This document shows positions 55,756 through 64,000 of a stretch of DNA of 64,000 bases, piece by piece. A program made the position numbers and the translations under genes. The stretch covers positions 7,597 through 71,596 of the forward strand of contig DIRJ01000037.1 of assembly GCA_002427505.1 (NCBI GenBank). Reading direction: 5' to 3'. Positions within the stretch are counted from its first letter, which is position 1. Each line of letters begins with the position of its first letter. Under the pieces are notes generated by a model, which was not told where the DNA came from, ran no database searches, and saw only the letters and a list, made by a program, of their open reading frames with translations. The DNA is from Mageeibacillus sp. UBA5439 (lineage in GTDB: Bacteria > Bacillota > Clostridia > Saccharofermentanales > DTU023).

Positions 55756-58665
55756 ATGAATTCAGATCTGATTATACGCGGAGCGCGTGAACATAATTTA
55801 CAGAATGTATCTCTGACCATTCCCCGTAACCAGCTAGTCGTTTTTACCGGAATTTCAGGTTCCGGCAAATCTTCTTTGGCTTTCGATACAATCTATGCTG
55901 AAGGACAGCGGCGGTATGTAGAGTCGCTTTCATCTTATGCCAGGCAGTTCCTGGGGCAGTCCAAGAAGCCTGATGTTGACAGCATTGATGGACTATCACC
56001 TGCCATTGCTATTGACCAGAAGACGACCAGCAGGAACCCCCGTTCTACAGTCGGAACTGTAACAGAAATCTACGACTACCTGCGCTTGCTTTTTGCGCGG
56101 GCAGGAACGCCTCACTGTCCGCAGTGCGGACGTGTTATTGAACGTCAGTCAATAGATCAGATTATAGATATTGTTATGCAGGAAGAAGCAGGCAGCCGGC
56201 TCTATATTTTTGCGCCGGTGGTGCGTGACCGCAAAGGAGAACACAAAAAAGTACTGGAGTATCTGCGCGGCGAAGGCTTTGTCCGGGTCCGCATCGATGG
56301 CGTGGTCTACGAGCTGGATGAAGAGATTACCTTACAGAAGACACAAAAACATGTGATCGAAGTAATAGTTGACCGCCTTATATTGCGCCCGGATATTCGC
56401 AGCCGGCTGACAGATTCAGTAGAAACTGCCCTCCGCCTGGCAGATGGCCTGGTAATGATTCGCTTTGAACAAGGTTCTGTCAAAGGTGCAAGAGAGTGGC
56501 GTGAACAGCTGTTTTCACAAAATTTCTCTTGCCCCGATTGTCAGATCAGTATCGGGGAGATTTCTCCCGGTATGTTTAGCTTTAACAATCCCTATGGTGC
56601 TTGTCCGGAATGTACAGGACTGGGTGAGCATACACATATTGATCCTGAGCTGATTATGACAGATGAAAACCTTTCACTGGCAGACGGTGCTATCTCAGCG
56701 ATCGGATTTAATTTTAAAGACACTAAAAGCTGGGCCCGGGCCCATCTTAATGCTTTAGCCAAAAAATATAAGTTTTCGGTGAAAACACCCTGGAAAGATT
56801 TACCGCAAGATATCCGCGATTTGGTCCTGTTTGGCGGCGACAAACCCAAACTGACAGTTGATACCAGTATGACACGCTATGATCGGGGTGAACCTTACAA
56901 CACGACCTGGAGTGGCGTTGTGCCGGTACTGGAACGTCGCTACAAAGACAGCAGTTCAGGTGACATTAGAGATTATTATGATCAATATCTGGCCTTTACA
57001 GAATGTCCGGTCTGTAAGGGGGGACGTCTCAGACGGGAAAGTCTGGCCGTTACTGTCGGAGATCTGAATATTAAAGAACTTACGGACCTGTCAATCAGCG
57101 AGGCCTACAATTTCCTGCAGCAACTTGAATTTGCAGATCGTGGTAAAGCCGAAATTGCAGAGCCTGTGCTGAGAGAAATCAAAGCGCGTTTGCTGTTTAT
57201 GCTGGATGTCGGCCTGGAATATCTGACCTTGTCACGTGCCTCGGCCAGCTTGTCCGGCGGCGAAGCACAACGTATTCGTCTGGCCACACAAATCGGCTCA
57301 GGTCTGACCGGTGTTCTTTACGTGCTGGACGAGCCCTCTATCGGCTTACACCAGCGTGATAATGCACGGCTTCTGCATACACTGAAAAATTTACGTGATC
57401 TGGGCAATACAGTTATAGTTGTTGAGCACGACGAAGAAACGATCTGGGAAGCAGATACAGTGGTAGATATCGGACCGGGGGCAGGAGAATACGGAGGCAG
57501 GATCGTAGCCTGTGGACGACCGGAGGACATTGCCAAAAATGATGCTTCTATTACCGGACAATATCTCTCCGGTAAAAAAACGATAGCCATACCTCTCGAA
57601 CGCAGACCACAGAATCAGGGTTTTCTAAAGATATTCGGGGCCGCAGAGAATAACCTCAAGCATATTGATATCTCAATACCTCTGGGAAATCTTGTCTGTA
57701 TAACAGGAGTTTCGGGATCCGGCAAGAGTTCTTTGGCCAACGAAGTTTTGTTGAAAGAACTGGAGATTGACCTGCAGGGCTCGCGCCGCCGCAGAGGCAA
57801 GTTTGACCGCATTGAGGGTGTTGAACAGCTGGATAAAGTGATTTCCATCGACCAGTCTCCGATCGGACGCACCCCGCGTTCGAATCCGGCAACCTACACC
57901 GGCACTTTTGACCTGATCAGAAAGCTTTTTGCAGAGACGCCTGAAGCTAAAGCGCGTGGTTACAAGCCGGGTCGTTTCAGTTTTAATGTTAAGGGAGGCC
58001 GCTGTGAGGCCTGTCAGGGTGATGGAGTTAATCGCATTGAAATGCACTTCTTGCCGGACGTTTATGTCAGCTGTGAAGTTTGTGGCGGTCTGCGTTACAA
58101 CCGTGAGACTTTAGAAGTGACCTATAAGGGCAAAAATATCAGTGAAGTCTTGAACCTGACTGTAAAAGAAGCTTTGGAGTTTTTTCAGAATATACCGGCT
58201 ATAGCGCGAAAATTGCAGACCCTGATCGATGTCGGTTTGGGATATATACGTCTGGGGCAGTCTTCGACCGAACTATCCGGAGGAGAAGCCCAGCGAATTA
58301 AATTGGCCTCAGAGTTGTCAAAACGTGATACCGGCAAGACCTTTTACATCTTGGATGAACCGACCACCGGACTACATGCTGCTGATGTGCACGATCTGAT
58401 TGATGTTCTGCATCGTCTGGTCGAGTCAGGAAACACAGTTTTAATTATTGAACATAATCTGGATATAATCAAAACAGCAGACTACATCATTGATCTGGGA
58501 CCTGAAGGCGGGGAAAAAGGTGGCTTCCTGGTAGCAGCCGGCACACCGGAAGAACTGGCGGCTAATAAAGATTCCTACACCGGACAATACCTTGCACAAA
58601 TACTGAAACGCGTGTATTCTGCAGTTTCTCCGGACAAGATTGTAACAAAGGGGATCAGAGCTTGA
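55756..58665 (+). CDS. uvrA: Excinuclease ABC subunit A
   Basis: 969 aa. Two ABC modules ([24 protein letters not shown]), zinc-finger cysteine pairs, and LSGGEAQRI twice. Confidence 0.95.
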   Translation: MNSDLIIRGAREHNLQNVSLTIPRNQLVVFTGISGSGKSSLAFDTIYAEGQRRYVESLSSYARQFLGQSKKPDVDSIDGLSPAIAIDQKTTSRNPRSTVGTVTEIYDYLRLLFARAGTPHCPQCGRVIERQSIDQIIDIVMQEEAGSRLYIFAPVVRDRKGEHKKVLEYLRGEGFVRVRIDGVVYELDEEITLQKTQKHVIEVIVDRLILRPDIRSRLTDSVETALRLADGLVMIRFEQGSVKGAREWREQLFSQNFSCPDCQISIGEISPGMFSFNNPYGACPECTGLGEHTHIDPELIMTDENLSLADGAISAIGFNFKDTKSWARAHLNALAKKYKFSVKTPWKDLPQDIRDLVLFGGDKPKLTVDTSMTRYDRGEPYNTTWSGVVPVLERRYKDSSSGDIRDYYDQYLAFTECPVCKGGRLRRESLAVTVGDLNIKELTDLSISEAYNFLQQLEFADRGKAEIAEPVLREIKARLLFMLDVGLEYLTLSRASASLSGGEAQRIRLATQIGSGLTGVLYVLDEPSIGLHQRDNARLLHTLKNLRDLGNTVIVVEHDEETIWEADTVVDIGPGAGEYGGRIVACGRPEDIAKNDASITGQYLSGKKTIAIPLERRPQNQGFLKIFGAAENNLKHIDISIPLGNLVCITGVSGSGKSSLANEVLLKELEIDLQGSRRRRGKFDRIEGVEQLDKVISIDQSPIGRTPRSNPATYTGTFDLIRKLFAETPEAKARGYKPGRFSFNVKGGRCEACQGDGVNRIEMHFLPDVYVSCEVCGGLRYNRETLEVTYKGKNISEVLNLTVKEALEFFQNIPAIARKLQTLIDVGLGYIRLGQSSTELSGGEAQRIKLASELSKRDTGKTFYILDEPTTGLHAADVHDLIDVLHRLVESGNTVLIIEHNLDIIKTADYIIDLGPEGGEKGGFLVAAGTPEELAANKDSYTGQYLAQILKRVYSAVSPDKIVTKGIRA

Positions 58666-58722
58666 GCAAAGCTTAGAGATCACATATTATAAAAATAAGG
58701 ATATTTAAGAACGGATAAGCAA

Positions 58723-61215
58723 ATGAGTAAGTGTTCTATATGCAAAATTAATGAAGCGGTTGTCTTCGCCAATAGGATAAAGGACGGTGAGAACCGTATC
58801 GAAGGTGTTTGCCTCAAATGTGCTTACGAGCAGGATCTCGGCGGTATGGCCAGTGTTTTCGAGCGTGTCGGAGTTACTGAAGACAATGTTGATGAGATAA
58901 CCTCACGCATGAATCAGATGATGGAGCAGTTTTCCGGTCAGAACCCGGAAGAAATTCTTGGCATGCTGTTGAAAGGGCAATTCCCTGACCTCTCCGCTGC
59001 CACATGGAATGCTTCAGATGACGGCTCCGACTATGAAGACGATGATGATGAAGCTGCAGATTCCAATGACAGCAAGTTGGATCACAGACACGACATGCAA
59101 GTCAGTCCTCAGAATTCTTATGGTGAACTGGTACCGGCCAATATTGGTAATCCGGATGATGCTGACAGAGCAAGAAGGTCGCGTCGCAAGCCGCGCCGCA
59201 AATTTTTGGAGCAATTCAGCACTAATTTATCTGAAAAAGCGGCCAATGGTGAAATTGACCGTGTCATCGGTCGAGATGAAGAGTTGAATCATATTATCCA
59301 GATTCTTAATCGACGCACCAAAAACAATCCGGCCCTGATCGGTGAACCGGGCGTGGGGAAAACTGCTATTGCGGAGGGACTTGCTGTCAGAATATATGAA
59401 GGGAAAGTACCGGCTAAGCTGTTAAATCAGGAAATGTTCCTGCTTGATATGACAGGTATGGTTGCCGGAACTCAGTTTAGAGGCCAGTTTGAGAGTCGCA
59501 TGAAGGGCGTCGTCGATGACTGCCGCCGGTCAGGAAATGTAATTCTGGTCATTGATGAACTACATAATATTATGGGTGCCGGTGATGCGGAAGGCGCGAT
59601 GAATGCCGGAAACATACTTAAACCGGCTCTGGCTAAAGGTGAAATTCGTGTGATTGGCTCAACTACATTGGATGAATATCGCCGTCATATCGAAAAAGAT
59701 TCGGCCCTCGAACGCCGTTTTCAAAAGGTTATGGTGGAAGAGCCCAGTCAAGAAGATACCTTTGAAATCCTCATGGGAGTCAAAGACTATTATGAAGATC
59801 ATCACCATGTATTTTATCCTGCACCGGTAGTGAAGGAGGCGGTGCGACTTTCTTCACGCTATATTACAGAACGTTATCTGCCTGATAAGGCTATTGACCT
59901 GCTGGACGAAGCGGGTTCCTGTGCTAACCTTGCCTGCGGCTGTCTGGTAGAGATTAAGCAGTTGGATGATAAAATTCAGGAACTGGAATTTGCCCAGGAA
60001 GATTTTGAGAAGGCAATCAATGAGTTGGCAGCTGAGAATGACAAGGTTGAGCTCTATGCCAAGCTCATGGAGATCAGGTCAGAGCTGATGCGTGTACGTT
60101 CACAGCGAGAAGAGATCGCGAAAAATTGTCCGCCGATTGAGCTGGGAACTCAGGATATTGCTCAGGTGGTCGAGATGTGGACGGGTATTCCTGTGGTGCG
60201 GATGACAGAAGAAGAAAGTACACGCCTGCTACAGCTGGAAGGAAGACTACATCAGCGTGTTGTGGGACAGAACGAAGCCGTAAGCGCTTTGTCCCGAGCC
60301 ATAAGACGACACAGGGCCGGATTCAGCCAGGAACACAAACCTGCCTCATTCCTCTTTGTCGGACCTACCGGTGTCGGTAAAACTGAACTGGTCAAGGCTT
60401 TAGCCGAGGTCATGTTTGATACAGAGGACGCCCTGGTCAGACTGGATATGTCCGAATATATGGAAGCCCACACAGTAAGCAAGCTGATAGGATCTCCCCC
60501 CGGTTACGTCGGTTATGATGACGGCGGTCAGCTTACAGAGCGAATCCGTCGCAAACCTTACAGCGTTGTACTTTTTGATGAAATCGAAAAAGCCCATGCA
60601 GATGTCTACAATATATTGTTGCAGATCATGGATGATGGCCGACTGACTGACAGCCATGGCCGTGTGGTCAGTTTTGAAAACTGCATTATTGTTATGACCA
60701 GCAATGCGGGTACAACGCTTAAAGGAAGCAGCATCGGTTTTGGTGCCGACGGGCATGTGGCGATGGAGGAACGCATAGATGGAGTGCTTAAAGATATCTT
60801 CCGTCCCGAATTCCTCAACCGTATAGATGAAATAATAGTCTTCCATGAGCTGACGAGTAAAGAAATCAGAGCGATTGTTGATCTCATGCTGAAAGATCCT
60901 GTTGCTGACATGAAACGCCGGAACATTGAGCTGCAAATTACCGAAGATGCACGGGACCTGCTGGCTAAAGAAGGATATGAACCGAAATACGGGGCAAGAC
61001 CCCTGCGCCGCAAGATTCAGCGTCGTATTGAAGATGTGCTGGCTGACCTCTGGTTGTCCGGTGACCTCAATTATGCTGATCAGGTGATAGTAGATGCGGC
61101 GGACAATGTTGGAGCTGAGCTTGAAGCTCCTACTATGGGAGGTCCCCATTTCGATGATAGCGGCAACTACGCTTTTACCTGGGTAAATAAAGTGATGAGC
61201 CTGAAGACAACATGA
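58723..61215 (+). CDS. clpE: Class III-type Clp ATPase ClpE (N-terminal zinc finger, two AAA+ modules)
   Basis: N-terminal C-x2-C-x22-C-x2-C (58732-58821), which is the ClpE-defining spacing. Walker [16 protein letters not shown] and [16 protein letters not shown] short middle coiled coil and a ClpP-docking IGF loop (GSSIGFGA). Confidence 0.88.
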   Translation: MSKCSICKINEAVVFANRIKDGENRIEGVCLKCAYEQDLGGMASVFERVGVTEDNVDEITSRMNQMMEQFSGQNPEEILGMLLKGQFPDLSAATWNASDDGSDYEDDDDEAADSNDSKLDHRHDMQVSPQNSYGELVPANIGNPDDADRARRSRRKPRRKFLEQFSTNLSEKAANGEIDRVIGRDEELNHIIQILNRRTKNNPALIGEPGVGKTAIAEGLAVRIYEGKVPAKLLNQEMFLLDMTGMVAGTQFRGQFESRMKGVVDDCRRSGNVILVIDELHNIMGAGDAEGAMNAGNILKPALAKGEIRVIGSTTLDEYRRHIEKDSALERRFQKVMVEEPSQEDTFEILMGVKDYYEDHHHVFYPAPVVKEAVRLSSRYITERYLPDKAIDLLDEAGSCANLACGCLVEIKQLDDKIQELEFAQEDFEKAINELAAENDKVELYAKLMEIRSELMRVRSQREEIAKNCPPIELGTQDIAQVVEMWTGIPVVRMTEEESTRLLQLEGRLHQRVVGQNEAVSALSRAIRRHRAGFSQEHKPASFLFVGPTGVGKTELVKALAEVMFDTEDALVRLDMSEYMEAHTVSKLIGSPPGYVGYDDGGQLTERIRRKPYSVVLFDEIEKAHADVYNILLQIMDDGRLTDSHGRVVSFENCIIVMTSNAGTTLKGSSIGFGADGHVAMEERIDGVLKDIFRPEFLNRIDEIIVFHELTSKEIRAIVDLMLKDPVADMKRRNIELQITEDARDLLAKEGYEPKYGARPLRRKIQRRIEDVLADLWLSGDLNYADQVIVDAADNVGAELEAPTMGGPHFDDSGNYAFTWVNKVMSLKTT

Positions 61216-61610
61216 GCATACTCGAGATCACTCAAATAGTTCGTATATTGCTGCTGGCCCTGCTAATACTGGGGCTGGCACTTTTTGTCTTCACAAGGAT
61301 CAGAAGAAGAATGGAGTATGCAGCCAAACAGGACATAATCAAGAATGACTCCACTTTGATCGGTTTGCGGGCGATCACAGTTACAGAACTGCGGCCCGGT
61401 ACTATCGGTGAGATACGTACGGCTTTTTCACCGGAAAAAGAAAACGAAATTGCCTTAAGCAGTGATGAAAAAAAATCTTCATTCAAGACTTTTCCGGCTA
61501 TTTCATCTCAATATATATCAAAAGGCAGATCGGTTAGAGTAACAGGCGGCAACAAGGAATTATATCGTGTGCGATCTGCGTCTGATTCTTTAACTTCTGA
61601 GAAAAAATAA
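61212..61610 (+). CDS. Small membrane protein with an NfeD-like C-terminal OB-fold (tentative)
   Basis: ATGA overlap with the clpE stop. N-terminal TM helix, then LIGLRAITVTELRPGTIGEIRT...ISKGRSVRVTGGNKELYRVR, which resembles NfeD C-terminal domains. Confidence 0.45.
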   Translation: MSILEITQIVRILLLALLILGLALFVFTRIRRRMEYAAKQDIIKNDSTLIGLRAITVTELRPGTIGEIRTAFSPEKENEIALSSDEKKSSFKTFPAISSQYISKGRSVRVTGGNKELYRVRSASDSLTSEKK

Positions 61611-61743
61611 TATCTCTTTGACGCAGTCACGGAAATAATTCATTATGACAGCGCTAGATCTCGTTTTATCGTTATAATGCTAAGCTAAGATACTGAATAA
61701 GATTGTCTTCTGACTGATGCAAATATTTGGAGGAGGAATGTAC

Positions 61744-63093
61744 ATGCTGAGCCTTAAAACACAACAAGTGATGCCTTTTATTTCGGAAGAAGAGCTGCAG
61801 TCTCTGCTTCCTTTTATGGCTGTTGCCCACAGACAGCTGGAAAGCGGAAGCGGTCCCGGATCTGATTTTACAGGCTGGTATCATGTCCCGGAAATTAATA
61901 CAGAAAAAAATCTGCAGGAAATTGAGGAAGTTGCAGCACGATTGCGTGAGTCCAGTGATATATTTCTCGTTTTGGGTATCGGCGGTTCCTATCTGGGTGC
62001 CCGAGCCGTAATTGAAGCCTGTAACCATCATTTCACGGCTTTACTTGATAAATCACAACGCAGGGCGCCTCTGGTATTATTTGCCGGACATCAGCTCAGT
62101 GAAGATTATCTGGCAGAGCTTTGTGACATTTTGGAGGACTATGATATCAGCCTCAATGTAGTATCAAAATCAGGTACTACCACGGAAACTGCGATCGCTT
62201 TTCGCATTTTACGTTCTTTCATGGAGAAAAAGTATGGTTCCGAGGAACTGAAGCAACGTATTGTCGTCACGACTGACGCGAACAAAGGGGCTTTACGCTC
62301 TTATGCAGATGCAGCCGGTGTGGATTCTTTTGTCGTACCGGACGACATCGGTGGGCGCTATTCTGTTCTCAGTGCGGTTGGACTCCTGCCGATTGCGGTG
62401 GCCGGCATAAATATCCGCGAGCTGCTTGAGGGAGCCAATTGGGCATATGAGAGCTATCTGAAATTCGAACCCGATCATGTCAACGATTGCATTAATTATG
62501 CCCTCATCAGGCACCTTCTGGCTCAGCGTGGCTATCTGCTCGAGATGATGGTTAACTACGAACCCTCTATGACCATATTTACCGAGTGGTGGAAACAGCT
62601 CTATGGTGAAAGCGAAGGAAAATGCGGGCGTGGAATTTTTCCAGTGGGAGCGAACTTTACCACTGATTTACACTCACTTGGTCAATATATTCAGGAAGGC
62701 AGAAGGATACTCTTTGAAACTTCGATTCTCTACAAAGCATCACAGTGCGAAATGCGGGTCCCTCAGCAGGACGATAACTCAGATCAGCTGAATTATCTTG
62801 CCGGCAGGAGTTTGCATGAAATCAATCGGACTGCGGCTTTAGGCACCAGCCTGGCTCATGTGCGCGGGGGAGTTCCTAATATAAGCCTGGAGCTGTCAAA
62901 ACGTTCTCCTCTGACAATGGGGGCATTAATATATTTCTTTGAGAAAGCCTGTGCCCTTAGTGGCTATCTAGATGCCATCAACCCCTTCAATCAACCCGGT
63001 GTGGAAGCATATAAGAGAAATATGTTCGCGCTATTGGGCAAGCCGGGCTATGAAGATCTACGTGCAGAACTAATGGAAGCAATGAATAATTAA
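61744..63093 (+). CDS. pgi: Glucose-6-phosphate isomerase (short bacterial type)
   Basis: 450 aa. LVLGIGGSYLGARA, VSKSGTTTET, GGRYSVLSAVGL and GESEGK motifs. ATG at 61744 follows the SD ggaggagg. Confidence 0.9.
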   Translation: MLSLKTQQVMPFISEEELQSLLPFMAVAHRQLESGSGPGSDFTGWYHVPEINTEKNLQEIEEVAARLRESSDIFLVLGIGGSYLGARAVIEACNHHFTALLDKSQRRAPLVLFAGHQLSEDYLAELCDILEDYDISLNVVSKSGTTTETAIAFRILRSFMEKKYGSEELKQRIVVTTDANKGALRSYADAAGVDSFVVPDDIGGRYSVLSAVGLLPIAVAGINIRELLEGANWAYESYLKFEPDHVNDCINYALIRHLLAQRGYLLEMMVNYEPSMTIFTEWWKQLYGESEGKCGRGIFPVGANFTTDLHSLGQYIQEGRRILFETSILYKASQCEMRVPQQDDNSDQLNYLAGRSLHEINRTAALGTSLAHVRGGVPNISLELSKRSPLTMGALIYFFEKACALSGYLDAINPFNQPGVEAYKRNMFALLGKPGYEDLRAELMEAMNN

Positions 63094-63105
63094 TTGAAGA
63101 GAGAT

Positions 63106-64000
63106 ATGACAAATAAAAAACGTATGCAGACGCGTTCTATTCTGAATCGCGTGGAAAAGCCCAGCCGTTATGTTGGCGGTGAGTGGAATCATATCGATAA
63201 ATCTGAAAGCTTCAATCAACTAAGTGCAGAGGAAGGTCTGCATATAGCATTTTGCTTTCCCGATTTATACGAAATAGCTATGTCAAATCTGGCTTTACAG
63301 ATACTATATCAGGCAATTAATGCCCGGGATAAAATGTTCTGCGAAAGAGCTTTCATGCCGGCACCGGACATACGGGCGATCATGCAGGATGAAAATATTC
63401 CTCTCGAGTCTATCGAGTCAGGTACAGCTTTGAGCGAATTCGATGTACTGGCTTTCAGCTTGCATTATGAACTATCTTATACAGCTGTCTTAGATATGCT
63501 GTCCTTATCCGGCATACCCTTCTACAGTGAAGATCGTGACAACTCACACCCTCTCATCATTGCCGGCGGCCCAATCAGCTGTAATCTCGAGCCGATGGCT
63601 GATTTCTTTGATCTTATTCAATTAGGAGAGGGGGAGAGACTTCTGCCTGACTTGCTGGAGCTTTACCGCCAGTATAAAAGCGGCAAAGAGACACGTGAAG
63701 CATTTTTGCGGGCGGCAGCACAGATCGAGGGCGTTTATGTCCCGGGCTTTTATGAAGCAGTCTATGACGAAAAGGGCTTCAGTGGTCTGAAGGTCCTTGA
63801 ACCTTCAGCTCCGGCTGTAATAAAGCGGCATCTGGAAGCGGATCTGGACGAAATAATTTATCCCACTGAGCCCATGGTACCGTCAATGGAAGTGGTACAC
63901 GACCGTGCAGTTCTGGAACTCTTTCGCGGCTGCTCACGGGGTTGCCGTTTTTGTCAGGCCGGTTATTTTTATCGGCCGGTCCGGGAGCGATCCTTGCCGA
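63106..64000 (+). CDS. B12-binding-domain radical SAM protein (TIGR03960-like), 5' part; continues beyond the window
   Basis: Absent from the ORF track because no stop is reached. Hand translation gives MTNKKRMQTRSILNRVEKPSRYVGGEWNHIDKS...LELFRGCSRGCRFCQAGYFYRP, with the CxxxCxxC radical SAM motif at 63930-63953. Confidence 0.8.
   Translation, partial: MTNKKRMQTRSILNRVEKPSRYVGGEWNHIDKSESFNQLSAEEGLHIAFCFPDLYEIAMSNLALQILYQAINARDKMFCERAFMPAPDIRAIMQDENIPLESIESGTALSEFDVLAFSLHYELSYTAVLDMLSLSGIPFYSEDRDNSHPLIIAGGPISCNLEPMADFFDLIQLGEGERLLPDLLELYRQYKSGKETREAFLRAAAQIEGVYVPGFYEAVYDEKGFSGLKVLEPSAPAVIKRHLEADLDEIIYPTEPMVPSMEVVHDRAVLELFRGCSRGCRFCQAGYFYRPVRERSLP

Noticed and set aside
58666-58722. CtsR operator upstream of clpE
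   Set aside because: No GGTCAAA-type direct repeat is present in the 57-nt intergenic region.
60400-61149. 249-aa minus-strand ORF inside clpE
   Set aside because: It is antisense to the second AAA+ module of ClpE. It has no recognisable motifs and is a typical shadow ORF.
1-64000. Scan for CRISPR arrays, IS elements, integrases, prophage or toxin-antitoxin/defence islands
   Set aside because: I noticed no spaced direct repeats, no terminal inverted repeats, no transposase- or recombinase-like ORFs, and no compositional island other than short AT-rich promoter regions.

Overview
This window is a chromosomal core region of a Bacillota (Clostridia-like) anaerobe, about 47-50% GC, and nearly all of it is housekeeping. 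All homology calls were made by eye from the translations; no searches were run. Genes in order: dinB (3' part), a DUF2207-like membrane protein, rpsU (TTG start, absent from the ORF track), recJ, relA, RNase J, rpsT, an LCP protein, ruvCAB, queH, rqcH, two tandem long-form PRPP-synthetase paralogs, engB, comEC, holA, radC-mreC-mreD-PBP2, a catalytically degenerate methylglyoxal-synthase-like gene, an MBL hydrolase, three TadE-like anchored proteins, secA, tkt, ferritin, a degenerate YhaN/SbcC-like coiled-coil membrane protein, tdh-kbl, a perR-rubredoxin-rubrerythrin operon, corC plus a P-type ATPase, infC-rpmI-rplT with leader, a TrmH-family methyltransferase, an iron/B12-type ABC importer, uvrA, clpE plus a small NfeD-like gene, pgi, and the 5' part of a radical SAM gene. 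Three solo tRNA genes (Thr-CGT, Lys-CTT, Glu-CTC) each have their own promoter and terminator. I found no CRISPR array, IS element, integrase or prophage. The best candidates for something undescribed are the orphan TadE-like operon (29180-31898, with a possible nuclease-fold C-terminus), the catalytic plus pseudo-catalytic PRPP synthetase pair, the pseudo-ATPase YhaN-like protein, and the dead MgsA homolog in a reduced mre cluster.
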